Shown here in pieces: positions 23,926 to 37,079 of a stretch of 64,000 bases of DNA (positions are counted from its first letter, which is position 1; every line of letters starts with the position of its first letter). The DNA lies in contig NC_043000.1 in assembly GCF_006345805.1 (NCBI RefSeq), forward strand, positions 157,542,001 to 157,606,000, in the 5' to 3' direction. The notes under the pieces are model-generated. The model did no database searches, had not been told where the DNA came from, and worked only from the letters and a program-made list of their open reading frames with translations. The stretch comes from Octopus sinensis (taxonomy: Eukaryota). A program made the translations under genes and the position numbers.

Positions 23926-24390
23926 AAGATAGGCGAACCCACAATATTGTAATCTCAGCCCAGTACTATAACAACTAGAACAGCGTGAGTTGTATTTATA
24001 CCGCAATTTTAAAAGTATAACTCGGATTATATGAGCCCTTTCCACTTGTAAATGATTAAAGTGTGTTTTTCGGGTACATTTGTATGTGTGTATGTGTTCA
24101 TGTGCGTGTGAATATATGACTGAATGCAGGTATGTGTGATTTTGGTGTTTGTAACATTGTGTATGTGTCTGTGTGAAAGAGGGCAAATGATATAAAATGG
24201 GAAAACTCGAAAGCAATAGAGAGGAAGGAACAAAGAATATGATATATTAATAATGAGTCAATCTCTGTGTTTTAGACGGAGTCAAAAGACAAGCAGTCGT
24301 TTATGTTTGTAAGTTAAGTTTGTAAGTTAAATTTTCTGCCGCAGTTGTCTAAAACCTAGCTTAGCCCTGTTCCAACAAACCTATAATAAA

Positions 24391-24787
24391 CTAGCAGTAT
24401 CGCCCGGCGTTGCTCGGGTTTGTAAGGGAAATAACTATATAAGCATTTTTAGAGAGTTATAGCCAAAAAATAGTAAAAAAATGCATCAAAAATGAAAAAA
24501 AATATGGTTTACGTTGACTCATCGTAGACATTTTTAGAGAGTTACTTCCCTTATATAATAGCGAAAAAATGCATTAAAATGGAAAAAAATGATGGTAATT
24601 TTTTTTTTAAATCGTAGACTCATCGTAGACTCATCGTAGACGCGCGCTAATTCCCAGAAGGGCTCGATATGAATCACGACTATAAGATACCCGGTTTTGG
24701 TTAAACTGCACCGCAAAATGTAGGAGTAGTTAGGAATCTAAATCGTAGGAGACAGACAGCACACAACCTCTCTTTTATATATAAAGA
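24391..24787 (-). mobile_element. Non-autonomous Helitron
   Basis: On the minus strand it begins A|TC and ends hairpin CCCGA GCAAC GCCGGG ... CTAG|T, the canonical Helitron termini at an AT insertion site. Internal 11-bp repeats (ATCGTAGACTC). Confidence 0.85.
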
Positions 24788-25015
24788 TTATATTTTCGCC
24801 ATGGGCGTAAATTTTTCGCACAGTACTATCCACTAGGTCTTCCCATTATTACAGGGTAAGTTTTTTTCAAATGATATTAAAATATTAGAAAGTCGAGCGA
24901 CCACGTGGACGTTTCATTCCTGGATCTAATCGTTTTGTCAAAAGCTATGCTGTCGTGGGTAAGAAATTAAGTTATGATAATGTCTGTTTCTGTGTTTGTC
25001 TGTCCCTGTCTTTTA

Positions 25016-25096
<81 letters not shown>

Positions 25097-25124
25097 GTCT
25101 GTCTGTCTGTCTATCTCTCTCTCT

Positions 25125-25510
25125 TTTTACTCTTTTGCTTGTTTCAGTCATTTGACTGCGGCCATGCTGGAGCACCGCCTTTAGTCGTGCAAATCGACCC
25201 CGGGACTTATTCTTTGTAGCCCAGTACTTATTCTATCGATCTCTTTTGTCGAACCGCTAAGTTACGGGGACGTAAACACACCAGCATCGGTTGTCAAGCA
25301 ATGCTAGGGGGACAAACACAAACACACACACACATATATATATATACATATATATGACAGGCTTCTTTCAGTTTCCGTCTACCAAATCCACTCACAAGGC
25401 ATTGGTCGGCCCGAGGCTATAGCAGAAGACACTCGCCCAAGGTGCCACGCAGTGGGACTGAACCCGGAAGCATGTGGTTGGTTAGCAAGCTACTTACCAC
25501 ACAGCCACTC
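25125..25510 (-). mobile_element. Full-length SINE family 1 (tRNA head, CORE-like segment, internal microsatellite, AGTAAAAG-type tail)
   Basis: A-box TGGCTGTGTGG, B-box-like GGGTTCAGTCCC, body ending GGCCGCAGTCAAATGACTGAAACAAG; many copies in the window. Confidence 0.92.
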
Positions 25511-26327
25511 ATCTATCTGTCTGTTTGTCTGTCTTTCCATTTATCATTTCTTCTATGATTTCCTACCTTCTTCCTAACATTGAATTTCCATCTATCCTTC
25601 CTTCTGTTTGTTTTCTTTCTAATAGTTATTCTTTCTCCGTTTTATTTATAACTTCTTCACCTTTTTACTCTTTTTCGTCCTTCGGGCCTGACAATATTCT
25701 CCTGACAAGGATTAACCTCAGCCTTCTTATTGGAATTGTCCACGAAAAAAAAAGACAAAAAAAAAAACCAAACAAACCCAGAAAAATAAAGAAAGAAAGC
25801 TCTGTTTTAGGTTTGCTGCCAAACAGGATGTTTGTTCACTCTCCTCTATGAGAAGGAAGAATTAACTTCCCTTGTCAATCACAGCGCTATAATTACTGTT
25901 TACTTACCTATATGCCTATTTATATGCTATTCGTACTACGTAAACCCATATACGTGTGTAGATATATGCTAGCAAGTCATGTGTGTGTGTATTGATATAT
26001 ATACATATATATATGTGTGTGTGTGTTTGTGTGTATGTTTACAAAAGTGTACGCAGATATCGCGATACATAATTACATACAGATATAACATTTACACATG
26101 TATGTGTGCGTACGCGCGCACGTGTGTGTTTGCGTGAGCAGATACGTATGTATACATGTGCCTGTAGATTATAAGTTTTCTTTATACATTTATTTATGCG
26201 TGTAAGCATATACCTATATACCTATATAAGCATGCTTGTATACACACACACACACACATCTATATATATATATATCTATATATATATATATATATTATAT
26301 ATTTATATATAAATAAATATATATATA

Positions 26328-26370
<43 letters not shown>

Positions 26371-27364
26371 AGTATATATACATATCTGAATATATATATC
26401 TGTATATATACATATCTGAATATATGTACACACACATATAAATATACATATAATATATTATACATACATATATGTATATGTATATATCTATATCTATATC
26501 TACCTCTCTCTCTATTAATATATATATATGTGTGTGTGTGTGTGTACACATATGCATAGATACGGCACCATACGTACTCATCATTCATCAATGTCTATTT
26601 TTGATTAGTTCACGACGACATTGTGAACTATCAACTCGCATTATTTATAACTATACTGTTAATCTTATCAATCAAATTCTCCTTCTGGGCCCCAACTCCT
26701 TTTGCTTAGCTTAATTTTTCTTATGCGTGTTACGCCGTAACTAAATAGCGCTGTTCTCCGAGGCAATAAGACAGCGAAGTACAGTTGTAAAGATTGACAG
26801 TTCTAACGTTACATTTTCCATTGGCCTCAATATTGAGCGTTCAGTCTTTTGACGAACTGAATTCCTATTTATGAAATTAATGTGTAAGTGGTTGAACATG
26901 ACCCTGGGGTCAACCAGTTCATTGTAAATGAAATTAGGTAGACAGAAACTGTCTAGAAATGCATCAAATATATTGTGTCGGTAATTCAAGGGTTTAGTCT
27001 TCTTACATAATATGTCACACGGATCCCGCTTCCGAATTACGTAAAGAGCAAGCCAGTCTGTGGAATATACGCCTATATAATATATAATTAGTTGTTTAGG
27101 TGATCGAATAACTAAAAGCTTATGGAAAGAAATTCCGCCTGAAATTTATATATAGATATATTTAATAATGAAGATTCAGAATAGACAGGCGAATACAGCC
27201 TTCAAAGCTCCGAGTGAAATCACGTCAAACAGGATGTATAGAGGGAAAAACGTTCATTTTATTCAAAGCGATTCTACATAAACTGAAAATCTGGAAAATG
27301 TACCGTTTATTATAAGAAGAGTGCATTCATGGCAGAGAATAAAATTTGAGCGTTATTGTAAGTG

Positions 27365-27879
27365 CAGGGTGTCCCAAAATTGAGTATCTATTTCAATGAA
27401 ATCGAGTAAAGTTTAAAAAAATATCAACAAAATTTGATGTTTATTACTTAATTATAACACAAATAGATTTATAAATTTTATGTCAAAATTTCATTATTTG
27501 AATATTTTCAACACGTGTGCTGTCTGTATCCCTGCAAATTACGAAACTACACTTAACGTTGGGAAACACTTTCGAAGCATTTTAAGGGTTATCTCCTGCG
27601 CTGCAAACTGAATACTGTATTTAAGTTTAGCTAAACTATTGCTCCTTCTTGGGAATGGAGGTAGAGAAAGAGGTTGCAGCCAAATTAAAAAAAAAACTGT
27701 CGTAGACAGATCAGTGGATTTGGTAGGAATGAAGATAAAATTATAAAAGTTAAAAAATTATAAACAAAATTGAAAATTCATTCACTTTTAATACACATTA
27801 AACATGATAAATACAGATAAAAGTGTGTTTTAAGAAAAAAATTTAATTTGACTGAAATAGTTAATTCTGGAACACCCTC
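27365..27879 (-). mobile_element. Internally deleted Tc1/mariner element
   Basis: 17-bp imperfect TIRs CAGGGTGTCCCAAAATT / AATTCTGGAACACCCTC followed by TA; broken transposase C-terminal peptide on the minus strand. Confidence 0.7.
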
Positions 27880-27892
27880 TATATACATCACA

Positions 27893-28178
27893 GAGATCAG
27901 ATGTCCTGTTGATGTGAATATCATTTTGGAAATCAAAGAGAAAAAGGATAATTATGAACAACAGCTTCAAAACCACCAGTTTGTATATCCAGATAATAAA
28001 TTCCCATTTATATCAATGCTAATTGGTACATTTGGGTTTGGGAGTAAATGCCTAAGTGCAGTGTTAATTTAGATAAGCTTGGATTTTCAGAAAAAAATTC
28101 AACCAACTAACTCGCAGATTACAGATACAATCTGTATGTGGGAGTGTAAAAATATGCCTGATTTATTCTCCGCTTTAA
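27893..28178 (+). pseudogene. C-terminal restriction-like endonuclease (REL) fragment of a non-LTR retrotransposon
   Basis: EIRCPVDVNI..KEKKDNY..L....YPDNKF.FI.MLIGTFG, then after frameshifts KLGFSEK and RRLQIQSVCGSVKIC. Confidence 0.7.
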
Positions 28179-28375
28179 AATGTGAAAATGTTTTCCTTAT
28201 CTACAGTGAAAGATGGAGCATTGTGTATGTTTGCTAGAAACCAGCTCCTTCCTCAAAGGAAAAAATTTAAATAATTATAAACAAAAGAGAACACACACAC
28301 ATAAATATATACTCACATACACACACATATACATATATAGGTAATATATACAGTGATAGATAAATAGGTAGGTAG

Positions 28376-28406
<31 letters not shown>

Positions 28407-28650
28407 AAGAGAGAGAGAGTGAGAGAGAGAGAGAGAGAAAGAAATAAGATAATATACACACACACAAACATGTATGTATGTTCTTTTCTGCTTTTTAATT
28501 ATATATATATATATATTATATATATATTCATGATGTATATGAATATATATATATATACATATATATATATACATATATATATAGATATATATATTCATAT
28601 ATACATATATATATATACATATATATATATATAATATACATATACATATA

Positions 28651-28694
<44 letters not shown>

Positions 28695-28695
28695 G

Positions 28696-28774
<79 letters not shown>

Positions 28775-28878
28775 CCGGAGTAAACACATAAATGTGAAAC
28801 AAGGTGAAAAAAGAGTACTCAAATACCAGTGGTAGAGTAATATGCTTTATTTTAAGCAGCAGAAAATTCAAACAAAAT

Positions 28879-28916
28879 CTGTTACTCTGAGTTTCTCGTT
28901 GCCGTTCATCAGACAG
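28879..28916 (-). ncRNA. Minimal type I hammerhead, canonical core
   Basis: Exact reverse complement of 28963-29000. Confidence 0.8.
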
Positions 28917-28962
28917 TTTTTGCTAGAATGGAATTGATATATCAGTTCCATTCTAGCAAAAA

Positions 28963-29000
28963 CTGTCTGATGAACGGCAACGAGAAACTCAGAGTAACAG
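28963..29000 (+). ncRNA. Minimal type I hammerhead, canonical core
   Basis: CTGT-CTGATGA-A CG GCAA CG A-GAA-ACTC A GAGT-A-ACAG; GNRA-capped short stem II; predicted cleavage after 28996. Confidence 0.8.
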
Positions 29001-29036
29001 ATTTTGTTGAATTTTCTGCTGCTTAAAATAAAGTAT

Positions 29037-29073
<37 letters not shown>

Positions 29074-29264
29074 TACGATACTTTTGTTTACTTTTATCAT
29101 ATCTAATTTAGCTTTCAAAACTATCCTACGCTTCCTCACTTTCCTCTGTTGCTGTTTCACTCTAGCGATATCACTGTCCTCGTCAAGTTTCCCCATCCAA
29201 ACCTTCGAACCCACTTCGTGCTAATCGACATTGTCCTTATTACCACTACAGCCACAACTACATA

Positions 29265-29380
29265 CACCTACCACCACCACTATCATCATCATCATCATCA
29301 TCACCACCATCATGAACATCATTATCATCCTCATCATCATCATCCTCATCATCACCATCATCATCATCATCATCATCATT

Positions 29381-29420
<40 letters not shown>

Positions 29421-29497
29421 CCACCATCATGAACATCATTATCATCCTCATCATCACCATCATCATCATCATCATCATCACCATCATCATCATCATT

Positions 29498-29537
<40 letters not shown>

Positions 29538-29596
29538 CCATCATGAACATCATTATCATCATCATAATCCTCAGCATCATCATCCTCATCATCACC

Positions 29597-29643
<47 letters not shown>

Positions 29644-29750
29644 CATCATCATCATCATCATCATCCTCAGCCTCCTCCTCCTCCTCCTCATCATCATCAT
29701 CAGCAGCAGCAGTAGCATCAACAGTATTATCAGCAGCATCAGCATCGTCA
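29265..29750. repeat. (ATC)n array with a higher-order block repeated about 3 times
   Basis: CACCACCATCATGAACATCATTATCATC recurs. Confidence 0.95.
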
Positions 29751-30329
29751 TCGATCTCGTTATATTTTCTGTGTGAAAAACTTGCACCTAAACTTGTTTA
29801 TTTTCTCTCTCTCCCTCAGTGTTCGTCCATCGCTCTTTCCCTGTCGCTCACCTTCTCTCTCTCTCCCTCTTTCTTTTCACTCTTTGTTCACGCATCAATA
29901 TACTTATACACTCACACGCTTCACTACGTAAATACTTACGTGTCTGAATGTGCGTTAGCGTGAACATGAGTGCGTGTGTATACTAATACATGCAGTGCTA
30001 CACACATCTACACATATAACAACACACATACACACACACACACAAGCCGCACGCATACATATACATATACCTCTGTGCATATAATCATCAATTATTGTCA
30101 TGAAGATACTAATGATGATGAAGTGATAATATATACTTTCATCCTCTTGACAATGATCATCATCATCGTCGTAACCATCGTGCTGTTGGTGTTGGTGTTG
30201 TTGTTGTTGTTGGTGGTGGTGGTCGTTGTGGTCATCATCAACATTATCGTCACCAGACTCCTCACGTCTGACACCCATTCCACAGTGGAATTGAACCTGC
30301 ATCTTCAAACGGAAGATGGGTATCGGTAT

Positions 30330-30860
30330 GTATGTGTGTGTGTGTTTGTGCGTGTGAGTTTGTGTGTGTATGTGTGTATGTGTGTGTGTGTGTGTTTGTG
30401 TGGGTGAGTGCGTGTGTGTGTGTGTGTGTGTGTGTTTGTGTGATGAGTGCGTGTGTGTGTGTGTGTGTGCGTGTGAGTTTGTGTGTGTGTGTGTGCGTGT
30501 GTGTGTGTGTTTGTGTGGGTGAGTGCGTGTGTGTGTGTGTGTTTTGTGTGGGTGAGTGCGTGTGTGTGTGTGTGTGTTTGTGCGTGTGAGTTTGTGTGTT
30601 TGTGTGCGTGTGTGTGTGTGTGTTTGTGTGGGTGAGTGCGTGTGTGCGTGTGTGTGTGTGCGTGTGTGTGTTTGTGTGGGTGAGTGCGTGTGTGCGTGTG
30701 TGTGTTTGTGTGGGTGAGTGCGTGTGTGTGTGTGTGTTTGTGTGGGTGAGTGCGTGTGTGTGTGTGTGTGTGTTTGTGTGGGTGAGTGCGTGTGTGTGTG
30801 TGTGTGTGTGTGTTTGTGTGGATGAGTGCGTGTGCGTGTGCGTGTGTGTTTGTGTTTTGT
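30330..30860. repeat. GT-rich compound minisatellite (TTTGTGTGGGTGAGTGCGTGTG..)n
   Basis: The motif recurs roughly ten times, separated by variable (GT)n. Confidence 0.92.
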
Positions 30861-31559
30861 AGTCGGGGTGGGGAGATCTCCAATTAAACAGACGCTGCCG
30901 ATAAATCATTATCAGTAAACTAACCACGTGACTTCATTACTGCCGGAGAAATTAATGACTGGCTCCGTTGAAATGTTTCTGTGAGAGACGGTGTGTACGG
31001 TCGGACATACGTCTCTGTTTAATTACATTCTACATCGTTCGACGCTATCATCTTATACAACAACATCTACGAATGAATCAGAGGGCCTCGACGTATCAGA
31101 AATGGCAGCTAAGTTTCCTTCAACTCACAACTCTACTGTGTTAAGTTAGAAATGGCCACACGAGCAGCTCATGGAGTTATAGATACTCCTAAAATGCCTT
31201 TGATTAGAAGTCTACTCAATTAGAGCTGATCAGAGGCCACGAGGGATTCTCGATACACTAGAAATGACAGCCTGAGGCATTGAAATCACCACTTCAAACT
31301 CTTAAATATGAAACAGGCATATTAAATAGTGTAGTCTTATATACATCTAGCAAGGTGGGATTGTCATGGATGGAATGCCTTTGATGATTTACCTGCTTAG
31401 CTACAGCAGAGTTGGCGTTAAATAATGCCATTTACTATTTCCAGCCTATATTCCATGAATCAAAGAGGTAAACATCTACACGGTTCCTCGATTTGATACA
31501 AGTAAACATGCATAAACACATACTATAGATAACAAGTTAAAGTCTGTCTTACATTTACA

Positions 31560-31790
31560 GCTTCATTACGTCTGTGCTTATTCTAGTTTCTAAAGAATTC
31601 AGTGTCTCAAAGTACAAGACCACCCCAAATACTGCTGGTACCCAAAGTCTATGGAGTGAACTGCAGCAACATGAAATGAAGTGCCTAGTTCAGGGGGATA
31701 ACACGCTGCTCGGTCTGGTAATTCAATTCTTGACCTTATGATCATGCACCCGACGCCCTAAACAGTTGGTCACGCGTATTACATATATGT
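31560..31790 (-). mobile_element. Decayed tRNA-headed SINE
   Basis: Reverse-strand A/B-box-like head near 31720-31790, head-to-head with the next SINE. Confidence 0.45.
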
Positions 31791-31803
31791 ATGTTATATA
31801 TAT

Positions 31804-32058
31804 GTGGAGGCGAGTGGCTTAGTGGTTAGGGTGTCAGCATCATGATCGTAAGATTGTGGTTTCGATACCTGGACTGGGCGACGCGTTGTATTCTTGAGCA
31901 AAACACTTCATTTCACATTGCTCCAGTCCACTCAGCTGGCAAAAATGAGTAACGCTGCGATGGACTGGTGTCCCATCCAGCTTGGGAACACATACGCCAT
32001 GGAAAACGGGAAACCGGGCCCATGAGCCTGGCTAGGCTTTAAAAGGGCGCATTTATTA
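31804..32058 (+). mobile_element. tRNA-headed SINE
   Basis: A-box TGGCTTAGTGG, B-box-like GGTTTCGATACC, central CTTGAGCAAAACACTT..CCACTCAGCTG segment. Confidence 0.8.
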
Positions 32059-32069
32059 TTTCATTTATG

Positions 32070-32104
<35 letters not shown>

Positions 32105-32831
32105 TGTGTGTGTGTTCGTGTGTGCGTGCGTGTGTGTGTATGTGTGTATATATATATATATAAAATATAAATTAGAGATAAAACCACAATTATGCAACTC
32201 AAACAGTGATAGACATAAACATAAATAACAAATAATATATATTTTTATAAAACATATAACTTATAACTAGATCTCAAAAAGTATAAAAATGAATGATCAA
32301 TATATAATATAATAATTTTGGAATCTATGACTAATAAATAAATAAAGTTAATTATGTTTGTTAATGGGAGTAAAAGCTTATTTTAGCCCATTCGATCGCA
32401 ATTGTACCATGTATAGCTGGAAGCAATACTCAGAGAAAAATGTGAACACGGCATTGTATGTTAATGAGACAGTTCTTGATTTTTACCTTGCTGCCGCAGA
32501 CATCAGTGAATTATTAATATAAATACTGTTATCCAATTAATTTTAGTTGAGCTGAATCGTTGAATAGGGGCTGGAGTAGGGGGCCCCATAATATAATGTT
32601 GGAGAGGGATAGTACTTATCATACTGACAGGACATAGTTATGATTCATGAATAGGCAGCCTACAGTTGAAACCAATAAACTAATGGATAATGACCGAATA
32701 TACCAAATGCCAACTTCAGATGATTTTCTGATACATTAGCCACTTGATTATATATGTTCATCACAAAACTACCATTTAAGGTTCTGTATGTTTCGTGAGA
32801 CTGTAAATCTGAACGCGGTAGTTCCCCTTAA

Positions 32832-33051
32832 CCCTTTCGTTACCAGCCCGGCTGAAACCGACTCTGGCTCTAAGTACAGATGTCTTGTTTTCAAAAGTTT
32901 TGAATTAAAATCTTCCATCAAGCCTTAGTCACAATTTATGTTCCTAACACTAGCTAAATGATAACCAAGTTATTTTACGAAATTCTTTGTTATATTTATA
33001 GTAATTGAAAGAAACACAAAGCATCTCAAAATAAATACAGTAACAAAAGGG
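32832..33051. mobile_element. piggyBac-type MITE (220 bp)
   Basis: TTAA|CCCTTTCGTTAC ... GTAACAAAAGGG|TTAA: TTAA target duplication and 12-bp TIRs (11/12 match). Confidence 0.88.
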
Positions 33052-33991
33052 TTAAAAGGCACAGGCTGCAGCAAGTTTTTTTTCTTTATGAAAGACTAAA
33101 TATCACTCATACATGTAAGTCTCCTCTCCTTAAACCATCGCTGTGGTCCAAAGGAAGGGTAGAAACAGATATAACTTGCTGCCATCGACATTGCAGAGGT
33201 TACTGTCAGAGCACACGAAATAGTAGTAGATAATGTTCTAAAGAATTTGCTAATCTATCACTTTGAACTGGAACCATATCTAACTCGAAAGGATGAAAGA
33301 TAAAGTTGACATCAGCTGCATTGGAACTGGAGTTCAGAACCTTTAAAATACGGCAAGGCATTCTATCTGACGTTGTATCGACTGTACCCGTTTGCTGGCT
33401 TAAATACACCTCACAGCGGGGAATACTACTTGTTTATAGATTTGTTATGTAACCATGGCAAACAATATATATATATATATATATGAGTGTGTTTATGTGT
33501 GTTTATATATATATATATTGCTAATACTTGAGTTTAAGCAACCCAATCTTACTCGGTCGAAGTTGCGATAGTTCGGTTTTGGGCCAATAAGCGCTGTATT
33601 GAAAAACTAAGTAAAATGTTCATAGACAGAACAAACTATGTTTATTTGAAGTTGTATTTCATGAAACCCGTTAGACTAACCGAAAACCTTTTACCAAAGG
33701 GCGAATGAATATGAATATCATATGTAATGATAAATGTGGAATCAGATTTTCTTCATGGTATACAGCAGAAAATATAACAGCTTGCTACACGCATGAAAAT
33801 TCTCTCGCATCGTATATGTAGGAAGATGTATTAAATATGATTTGAATGTCACTTGTCAAAACCATACATCATCGTCTCGGGTAACATATGATGCTATTAA
33901 ATGCGTTAGTGCAGATCTCCGGATTTCTCCATTTCTATCGCTAATAATATGAATGCATACACATATTAAATATCTGTCTGCATATATATCT

Positions 33992-34088
<97 letters not shown>

Positions 34089-34094
34089 CATCCA

Positions 34095-34127
<33 letters not shown>

Positions 34128-35202
34128 TCACACACACATAAACACAGACACATACATAAACACACGCACACATACATAATGGTGATCTTACTATATGGGA
34201 ACACATGTTATTACCGCTTATATCAAGATAACAATCCATTTGGTGATAAATATTGAATAGTAAAATGCAAGAAAAACAGTATACGAGAAACTACAAATGA
34301 ATATCTCCATGATACATATAATTTCAAGATATACATATAAGCTGTAATACCTTGATAAAACTCATCAACATATCACTTTTCACTCTAAAAGCCTATTTAC
34401 GTTAATATTTATAATTGGAAGACTTAATGTTAAAAGCTGTGAAGAAACTCCGAAGTTATCTGACTAATAGAGTCTGAGTGAAAACCTTTAAGTAATAATA
34501 TCGCTAAGCAATATCAAGTGTAACTTAAACGAAACGTGTCAATTTAAGATGTCAAAAGCATACCACTAAAACATCATACGTAAGAGAGAAAGAAGTGAGA
34601 TGTAATATATACATTGCTGTTGTTCACGGAAACGAAATGAGTAATATTATAAAACAAATTGAAGTGGCTGGAAATAAAAGCTAGGACACTGGCGGTATTC
34701 TACTTAGCTTGCGAAAACCACTTATGAATCAACTACCGTATAAGACGCATGAGTGTATTTGATGCAGCTCAATTCAGCAGCGTATGTGCAGGAAAGAAAA
34801 GTTTTTATTTCATTAAAGATTATAGGAGGCAAAACCTCGTATATAGAAGACGGGGTTATTGTTTGAGAGATTTTGTAAACAGATGTGCATTTTATATGCT
34901 ATAATATAAGGTAGTCTATCGAGAACTGGAGGAATCATCTGAAAAAATCACTGTGTAGTGTGTAATGAATTAAATTTTACTGTAATTCATGTAATAAGTA
35001 TACACATTGTTATGCAAATAAAACTGATCAGTATAGTTATGTCCTAGTGTCTAAATATTACAAAGAGCAAGAAAAATGGCTATTTTTCAATGACCAAAAT
35101 CTAAAAAAAGAGTAGAGAAGATAGTCAGATCGATGTCACATCCTACGATCTATGTTCCGAGGGAAATAAAGCAGGTGGTATAATCGATTTATGAGAAAAC
35201 GA

Positions 35203-35247
<45 letters not shown>

Positions 35248-35252
35248 ATATA

Positions 35253-35292
<40 letters not shown>

Positions 35293-35467
35293 TGCTTAAT
35301 ACATGCAAGATTTTAATTCGAGTTACTGTTATTTCCAGTTGTGAAAACACGGTTGGCCGACAGGCTTCAATCAAACTTTCGGTAAGAAATATACAGTATG
35401 GCTTTTCTTTGAAAGAGAGAGTGTGTGAGACAGAGAGGGGGAGCGTGAGAAAGAAAGAGGAAGAAAA

Positions 35468-35499
<32 letters not shown>

Positions 35500-35547
35500 A
35501 AAGAAAAAGAGAGAGCGAGGGAGAGAGAAAGAGAACAATATAAAACA

Positions 35548-35714
35548 CTGAACATTGTGGAAAGATGCACGCTACACATTAATGGATCAAAGAGATGCAT
35601 GCTTTGTTTAGCTGAAAGATTTTCATCCATTTTAGATCTAAGAATTCCACTGACCCACGAAGTTCTACATCTGAAATGTTTATTAAATGTAAGCATCGGA
35701 ACAAGTTTGCATGA
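35548..35714 (+). pseudogene. C-terminus of a PLE GIY-YIG region
   Basis: NIVERC....GSKRCMLCLAE.. then after a frameshift EMFIKCKHRNKFA*. A possible HHR core remnant CTGATGA follows at 35759. Confidence 0.7.
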
Positions 35715-35903
35715 CATCACCTTCTCTGAATTTTAATCTTCCCCTCGTTAAATAAATTCTGATGAGAAAATGCGAACGGGACCCAGCACTTGGTTTTCTT
35801 TTGTTCTTTTCTCATTCCACCTTTATCTTTTATCCTCCCCTCTTCCTTTCTCTTTTATTTCAAAGAACAGCGTCCTTTCTCGTTTTTCTTCTTCTTTTTC
35901 TTC

Positions 35904-36375
35904 TTTTACTTGTTTCAGTCATTTGACTGCGGCCACACTGGAGCACCGCCTTTAATCGAGCAACTCGACCCCGGGACTTATTCTTTTGCAAGCCCAGTAC
36001 ATTTGACTGCGACCATGCTGGAGCACCGCCTTTAGTCGAGGAAATCGACCCCAGTACTTATTCTTTGTAAGCCTGGTACTTATTTTATCGGTCTCTTTTG
36101 CCGAACCGCTAAGTTACGGGGACGTAAACACACCACCATTGATTCTCAAGCAATGTTGGAGAGGACAGACCACACAAACCCAAACACATATATACATATA
36201 CATATAGACGACGAGCTTCTTTCAGTTTCTGTCTAACAAATCCACTGATATGACCACTTTGGTCGGTCCGAGGCTATAGTAGAAGACACTTACCCAAGGT
36301 GTCACGCAGTGGGACTGAATCCGGAACTATGTGGTTTGTAAGCAAGCTACTTACTACACAGCCACTCCTTCGCAT
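35904..36375 (-). mobile_element. SINE family 1 with a duplicated 3' segment
   Basis: ATTTGACTGCG(G/A)CCA..GGAGCACCGCC occurs twice (35921 and 36001). Confidence 0.9.
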
Positions 36376-36396
36376 TTATATATATATATATATATA

Positions 36397-36766
36397 TTAC
36401 TCTTTTACTCTTTTACTCTTTTACTTGTTTCAGTCATTTGACTGCGGCCATGCTGGAGCACCACCTTTTAGTACTTATTCTATCGGTCTCTTTTTGCCGA
36501 AACGCTAGGTGACGGGGACCTAAACACACCAGCATCGGTTGTCAAGCAATGCTAGGGGACAACACAGACACACAAACACACGCATACATATATATATACA
36601 TATAACACAGGCTTCTTTCCGTTTCCGTCTACCAAATCCACTCACAAGGCATTGGTCGGCCCGGGGCTATAGCAGAAGACACTTGCCCAAGATCCACGCA
36701 GTGGACTGAACCCGCAACCGTGTGGTTGCTCAGCAAGCTACTTACCACACAGCCACTCCTTGCGCC

Positions 36767-36767
<1 letters not shown>
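36397..36767 (-). mobile_element. SINE family 1
   Basis: Homologous to 25125-25510 with a short internal deletion. Confidence 0.9.
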
Positions 36768-36799
<32 letters not shown>

Positions 36800-36954
36800 T
36801 ATATATAATATATATATATATATGCATATATACATAGGTATTCATACAAATGTGTGTGAATATGTGAATGCGAAATATCAGGTCTAATTTTTCATAAGCG
36901 TAGGTCTTCAGCCTTTCTGTAAAATAATAGATTGGTTATAACTCATGTACACAC

Positions 36955-36991
<37 letters not shown>

Positions 36992-37038
36992 CACACACAC
37001 AACACACACACTTACACGCATGCACAAGCAACCATACA

Positions 37039-37079
<41 letters not shown>

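Larger units (their letters stand above)
28774..29033 (-). mobile_element. Palindromic HHR element, family P1 copy 2
   Basis: Near-perfect ~189-bp palindrome 28845-29033 centred at 28940, plus a 70-bp tail 28774-28844 homologous to 2325-2395; (TA)n flanks. Confidence 0.92.
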
